41,923 bases of DNA from Promethearchaeati archaeon (GTDB lineage: Archaea > Asgardarchaeota > Heimdallarchaeia > JABLTI01), in the NCBI GenBank assembly GCA_013166835.1, contig JABLTI010000013.1:1-41923 (forward strand), written 5' to 3'. Under the pieces are notes generated by a model that was not told where the DNA came from, did not search any database, and saw only the letters and a program-made list of their open reading frames with translations. Made by a program: the position numbers and the translations under genes. Of the stretch, positions 36,955 through 41,923 are shown piece after piece. The number at the start of each line of letters is the position of its first letter. Position 1 is the stretch's first letter.

Positions 36955-39720
36955 ATGAATTCTAAAATTTTATCCAAGTGCTTTGCACTTTTTGTTATTT
37001 TACTATTCCCTATAACCATGACGATGTTTTTACCTACACAGGCTATTTCTGATAATGACAGTAACTTCCTAAATGCAAAAGGCAATGATAGCTTTATTGA
37101 GGATTTTACTACAACAACTTATAGAGATGGCGGTGCTACAGATGCATATGGTTGGGGATCTGGAACTGTTTTGAATCCAAGAAATTATACTTGGGAATTA
37201 TTAGATTTCTTAGCTACTCCTAATCCAGTATCTGGATTGGAAGTACAAGGAAGGAAAGCTTACATTGCTTGTCTCAATTATACATCTACACCTGATGATG
37301 TAAAAGTAATTGATTTAAGTGACTTATATAACTTAGTAGTTTTGGACACTACGAATTTTTATAGTGGATCTATGACTATAGATGTAGATGGCGACACTAT
37401 TTATGTAGGAAAGGATTTTGCCATAACTCCAGCACAATATCTTTTGACATATGATGCTACTGATCCAACCAATGTTGGAATTTATGATAATATTGTTACC
37501 AGTGGACTAGTAACTGATATTGATGCTGAAGGACGTTTAGTTTACTTTACTGAGTATGGAGCATCTGATGGTAAATCAATTGGAGTACTTGATGCTGAAG
37601 ATCCTTCAAATTTGGTTAACATTAATAACAATTGGACTTCTGATCAAGCATTGGGATTGGAAGTTGAAGGACAAATAGCATATGTTGCTGCTAGTTTTGA
37701 TGGATTCTATGTCCTCAATATAGCCAGTAAGCATAGATCATTTGAATATGGATATGTTGACACACCAGGGAATGCTACTGATGTGATTATTGATGGTGAT
37801 TTGGCATATCTTGCAGATGGTCCTGGTGGAGTACATATAATTGATGTTAATGATCCTACCAATCCTACGATAGTAGGCAGTTATGATACTCCTGGAAATG
37901 CTTTGCGTCTGGTAAAGCAAGGAAACACTTTGTTTATTGCTGATGGCTATGGTGGAGTTCAAGTGTTAGATGTAGCTGATCCGGCTAATCCTTTATTCGT
38001 GACTGAGATGCAATCAATTTCTTATGTTTCTGATTTAGACCTTTATGGTGGAGATTTAGTTGTAGGCACAGCTGATGGTGTTTATACATATCATATTGGT
38101 TATGTAGGCGACTTCTCAAGCATGTGGTATGATAATCCATATTCTGCACTAAATGCTACAGATGTTCGAGTTCAAGGAAATATTGCTTATGTTGTTGGTG
38201 GTTCAGACGGATTATATACTCTAGATATTAGTAATCCTCTAAATCCTATACTCCTTGACCAAGATATCCAAGGAGGTACACCCTACTATCGAAAACTAGA
38301 TGTTCGAGGTAATTTTGCCTATGTTTGTGATTATGGAAATGCTTTTCGAGTCTATAACATCAGTGATCCAACAAATATTATCCAAACTGATACCAGAACT
38401 CTTAGCTATACAACAGATATTGCTGTTGCGGGAGATATGGCCTTTATAGCTGATGGATCACTTGGTGTTTACATCTACAATATAAGTGATCCCTATAACA
38501 TTCCTTCACCCTATAGCTCCTTTGATGTCTTTACAAACGTGACTTCTCTTTGGGTTCAAGGTAATTATTTATATGTAGTTGATAATATTGCCGGGGGTCC
38601 TATAGCAACCAGCCTTTACATTTATGATATTTCAGATATTGCCAATGAAGTATTATTGGGATCAGATTCAGTAGATGCTCAGTTTTTTGATATTTTTGTT
38701 GATGGTGATATAGCCTATACAGCTGACAAAGATTGGATGATCCTTTATGATGTAACTGACCCTACTCTTCCAGGTTTTACTTCTTGGACTAATCAAGAGA
38801 GTTATGGTGTTTGGGGATTCGGTCCTTATTGTCTTAGTGCAGATACTTTTGAAGGAGTATCATTAGTCAATTGTACAGATATTAACCTTGTTAATTCTAT
38901 AATGAGTATCTATCCAAATGCTACAGGTGCTTTGCAAGTAACAACTCATGGCGACTACACATATGTTGCAAATACATCCTCATTGGTTATTTTGCGTCAT
39001 TTTGAGAGTGCTGGAGCAACATTCGACCCAGGAACCTCAATAGCTCAATCTTTAGAAGTCGACAGTGCAACAGGTGATGATATAAAATTAGCTACTTTGA
39101 CTACAGAACATTTCATTCCTCCAGGGACAGGCATTGACTATTATATGTCAGCTGATGGTGGCGCTCATTGGGAAGCTGTCACTCCAGGAGTAGAACATGA
39201 GTTTGTTTTTTCAGGCGACGATTTACGTTGGAAAGCTGAAATAACTGGACCCAAAGATCGCAGTGCTCATATCTATCAAATAACAATTGATTACTTCTTT
39301 AATGAAGCTCCAAGTATACCTACTATTAATGATCCTGGTGATGTAATCCAGGTAGGTAGTGTTGAAGTTAATTGGAGTACTAGTACAGATGATGCTGGAA
39401 TAGATCACTATGAATTACAAATGGACAATGAAACAGGATTTACTACACCAGTCTATACTTTCAATGTTCCTGGTTTATCTCAAGTTATTTCAGGTTTAAC
39501 GAATGGAGACTATTACTTCCGAGTACGGGCTGTTGACATTTACGACCTAGCTGGTGGTTGGAGTGCTGTAGTCAATTTAACAGTCGATATTCCTCCAACT
39601 AGCACACCACTTGATTTACCTTGGTGGGTTTATGTCATCATTGGTGGTGGACTTCTGCTTATTACAGCAATTGTTGTTGTGATAGTTGTTGTAAGAAAAC
39701 GCAAAGTAGTAACAAGATAA
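36955..39720 (+). CDS. LVIVD-repeat (beta-propeller) surface protein with FN3 domain and C-terminal TM anchor
   Basis: Signal peptide; many G..AY.AD...G..I.D(I/V)S.P.NP repeats; W.......YELQ...GL....Y.FRVRA FN3; TM + RKRK. Confidence 0.9.
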   Translation: MNSKILSKCFALFVILLFPITMTMFLPTQAISDNDSNFLNAKGNDSFIEDFTTTTYRDGGATDAYGWGSGTVLNPRNYTWELLDFLATPNPVSGLEVQGRKAYIACLNYTSTPDDVKVIDLSDLYNLVVLDTTNFYSGSMTIDVDGDTIYVGKDFAITPAQYLLTYDATDPTNVGIYDNIVTSGLVTDIDAEGRLVYFTEYGASDGKSIGVLDAEDPSNLVNINNNWTSDQALGLEVEGQIAYVAASFDGFYVLNIASKHRSFEYGYVDTPGNATDVIIDGDLAYLADGPGGVHIIDVNDPTNPTIVGSYDTPGNALRLVKQGNTLFIADGYGGVQVLDVADPANPLFVTEMQSISYVSDLDLYGGDLVVGTADGVYTYHIGYVGDFSSMWYDNPYSALNATDVRVQGNIAYVVGGSDGLYTLDISNPLNPILLDQDIQGGTPYYRKLDVRGNFAYVCDYGNAFRVYNISDPTNIIQTDTRTLSYTTDIAVAGDMAFIADGSLGVYIYNISDPYNIPSPYSSFDVFTNVTSLWVQGNYLYVVDNIAGGPIATSLYIYDISDIANEVLLGSDSVDAQFFDIFVDGDIAYTADKDWMILYDVTDPTLPGFTSWTNQESYGVWGFGPYCLSADTFEGVSLVNCTDINLVNSIMSIYPNATGALQVTTHGDYTYVANTSSLVILRHFESAGATFDPGTSIAQSLEVDSATGDDIKLATLTTEHFIPPGTGIDYYMSADGGAHWEAVTPGVEHEFVFSGDDLRWKAEITGPKDRSAHIYQITIDYFFNEAPSIPTINDPGDVIQVGSVEVNWSTSTDDAGIDHYELQMDNETGFTTPVYTFNVPGLSQVISGLTNGDYYFRVRAVDIYDLAGGWSAVVNLTVDIPPTSTPLDLPWWVYVIIGGGLLLITAIVVVIVVVRKRKVVTR

Positions 39721-39728
39721 TAAAACAT

Positions 39729-39760
39729 GAGACGTTATATAACGTCTCCATTTCTTTCTT
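39729..39760 (+). terminator. Perfect 20-bp palindrome plus T-rich tract after the LVIVD gene
   Basis: gagacgttatataacgtctc (39729-39748) followed by catttctttctt. Confidence 0.65.
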
Positions 39761-39864
39761 TTTCTTCTTGAATCTAGCAATTATATCCTACACCATCTTC
39801 TTCTGAGAGTTATAAATCTACGAAAATACAAGATTTTATCACATTGATTGCTGTTTCTTCTTCA

Positions 39865-40055
39865 GTTGCTCCAGCATTATTTAATTGGTGGACACCAAGA
39901 TGTGAACTTGGTTGTCCAGAAAAATGCGGGAATCCAGTATCGAATGAGATTGAAGAATGTACTATCATTACCGGTAAAACTATTGAGTATCTACCAAAAG
40001 ATAAAAGGGATTAGTATTTTTCTTATAATTCAAAATCATCTTCTGAAACAATCCA
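39865..40055 (+). repeat. Diverged direct repeat, copy 2 (orphan thyX 3' fragment + true end of the 562-aa gene)
   Basis: Encodes VAPALFNWWTPRCELGCPEKCGNPVSNEIEECTIITGKTIEYLPKDKRD*, 45/49 identical to the ThyX C-terminus. Confidence 0.92.
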
Positions 40056-41711
40056 CTCACCATTATTCCATCTGCTTACAAACAATTCATCTTTGTCTTT
40101 CTGAATTTCAGGTCGACCCACGATTATCTGTGTATTGATACCATCTGGTAGATACCAATTAAATAATTCAGCCATCCCCATAGTTATGGAAGAAGGAAGT
40201 CTTGAAAATAACATTAAGCCATTAAAAGTTCCATTTATTTCCCCACAGTACACATGTGGAAGATGGTAACAGAAATTGATAATTCGCTCACGCAAATTAT
40301 TGTGATTCTTACTTGTTTTATTAGAATTAACTTCGAGATAAGCAGAAATCTCTCCATCACTTCTAGGTAAGATTACTTGTATATCCTCATAGATTATTTT
40401 ATTTTCAAATAATTTCTTTATGCGTTGAACTGTTTCATTCATATCTTTCTTAATATTCTTCTGGATAGCTCTTCGATTATAAATTCCAGTCATAAATTGG
40501 TTTAGAATTTTTAGATCCAAGGAATCTAGATCAAGGTATTTGGTTTCAACAATTCGAGTTGGAATAACAATATTTCCCAACAAATTTGATTTTTCTTTAT
40601 GTGTCTCAGTTGAAACATTATCAAATAGGCTACTTTCAATTGCTATATCATTTAAATTGAAATTCAATGATTTCGTTTTAGTATTGAAATATTTAAACCA
40701 ATAACTACGAAAAGCTGAATGTAACTCGAAAACATGAAACTCAACAATTTGATTTTTTTCTTTTAGATTTTGACAATAATTGACGAGTTTTTTGTAATAG
40801 TCTTTCGTTTTAGGTCCAACATAGAATTGAGTTATAACGCAAGCATTTAGACAAATGAATTTATGGGTATACAAAAATGGATTTCTGATAGGAGTTCGAA
40901 AATATACTCTTTGTTTTTTCGTGCAAATTAATAGTACCATAAACTGGGTCAAACCTAATGCAAGATAATTTATACGATACTTTTTTATTAAAACGTTCAT
41001 CTCAAGTAGTTTTTTTACTGTTTTCGCAATTGTGCCATGATGTAAAGAGAGATTCTTCTCAAGTTCTTTAGGTTTAATAGTCTGCTTAATTAGTGCAATA
41101 TTCATTATGTCAATTGCATTATCAGATATATTGACTGATTCTTGAAAAGTGTTCGATAAAATAAGCGATATTTCATGGGGATCTAAATCACTAGTTTGCT
41201 TATTTGCCAATCTTTTCTTCACTAATTCTTCATGTTGATATTGTGTTTTGTATAAACCTTGCTTAAGAACTTCCAATAATCCAGGTGAACCTGCTGAAGA
41301 GATTAACAGCTTACAGCTATCAATGTATACTTGCAAATCTGGAGAAATTTCTCTCCATAACTTTTCCCATTTTTCATGCTCTATATGTGATAATTTCATA
41401 GACAAAGGATAAGCATTAGCTATTAGTCTTACCCACCAAGAATCTCGCATTTGTTTTGGAACAAACAGGAGTATTGCTTCACGCCAAAAAATCGCATTTC
41501 TATAATGAACTCCCTGCAACATTTTTTGATTAATAAAAAGTGTTTCTCCAACAAATTTACTCCACTTACTCTCATTATCTAATTCAAAACCAACTCCAGG
41601 TTCAACTCTTTTGGGACTATATTTGGTTTCATGAAAGTATTGTTTTATTACTTTAACCTTCTCGTATAATTCATTTTCAAGTTGTGTTAAATTTCCGAGA
41701 TAGGATTCCAT
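40023..41711 (-). CDS. Large protein with two Lrp/AsnC-like winged-helix modules; probable transcriptional regulator
   Basis: LHHGTIAKTVKKLLEMNVLIKKYRINYLALGL and LDSLDLKIL...ETVQRIKKLFENKII, each followed by beta-alpha-beta segments. Confidence 0.65.
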   Translation of the reverse strand: MESYLGNLTQLENELYEKVKVIKQYFHETKYSPKRVEPGVGFELDNESKWSKFVGETLFINQKMLQGVHYRNAIFWREAILLFVPKQMRDSWWVRLIANAYPLSMKLSHIEHEKWEKLWREISPDLQVYIDSCKLLISSAGSPGLLEVLKQGLYKTQYQHEELVKKRLANKQTSDLDPHEISLILSNTFQESVNISDNAIDIMNIALIKQTIKPKELEKNLSLHHGTIAKTVKKLLEMNVLIKKYRINYLALGLTQFMVLLICTKKQRVYFRTPIRNPFLYTHKFICLNACVITQFYVGPKTKDYYKKLVNYCQNLKEKNQIVEFHVFELHSAFRSYWFKYFNTKTKSLNFNLNDIAIESSLFDNVSTETHKEKSNLLGNIVIPTRIVETKYLDLDSLDLKILNQFMTGIYNRRAIQKNIKKDMNETVQRIKKLFENKIIYEDIQVILPRSDGEISAYLEVNSNKTSKNHNNLRERIINFCYHLPHVYCGEINGTFNGLMLFSRLPSSITMGMAELFNWYLPDGINTQIIVGRPEIQKDKDELFVSRWNNGEWIVSEDDFEL

Positions 41712-41923
41712 AATTCCAACACCATTTCTGTTTATTTTTTCAAGAAAAAACGATTTTTTCCGTTAGAAACTGGAATAACGAAATAAACCATTTAATCAAA
41801 AATTAAACTATTTTTGTTATTATTTAAGGTTTTTACATTCTTTTCAAAAAGAAAAGAAGGAATTTTAGTGAAGTAAAGCGAAAAAGAAGGTCTTAGAAAA
41901 CTTCTTTTGAAAAAAGAATCGTT

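Noticed and set aside
37200-39000. DNA-level repeat array or CRISPR within the LVIVD gene
   Set aside because: Repetition is at the protein level with degenerate codons; there is no repeat-spacer structure anywhere in the window
36332-40055. Integrase-driven prophage/ICE with attL/attR
   Set aside because: No integrase, transposase or phage gene in the interval, and the repeats are too long and diverged for fresh att sites
39848-40138. 96-aa plus-strand ORF in the track
   Set aside because: It is an off-frame reading of the duplicated thyX fragment and overlaps the 562-aa gene; the conserved frame is the ThyX one

Overview
AT-rich, gene-dense archaeal chromosome segment, most likely from an Asgard archaeon (Heimdallarchaeia-like). 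The assignment is inferred from CDP-archaeol synthase, archaeal TrpRS/MetRS and a class III signal-peptide pilin occurring with eukaryotic-signature proteins (Rab-like GTPase, ubiquitin E2). Housekeeping genes are pyrF, trpS, carS, panE, a PPi-type phosphofructokinase, metG, ppa, thyX and ABC transporters. I saw no rRNA, tRNA, CRISPR array or transposase. The most notable signals: (1) a two-gene unit of an amidohydrolase and a 1091-aa carboxylate-amine (GCS2/YbdK-like) ligase fused to a long polybasic linker and beta-rich domains; (2) a stand-alone GGDEF-fold protein (RGTEE) next to a PHP phosphoesterase; (3) a CDC48-N-domain/vWA/acidic-tail protein; (4) orphan, motif-dead NuoD/hydrogenase-large-subunit and NuoH homologues; (5) a beta-CASP nuclease ending in a PCNA-binding PIP box; (6) a 191-bp diverged direct repeat (thyX 3' end plus the 3' end of the convergent regulator gene) bracketing a surface-protein gene and a pseudogene remnant, i.e. 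a recombination scar; (7) an apparent in-frame deletion in pyrF. All calls come from reading motifs by eye; no searches were run.
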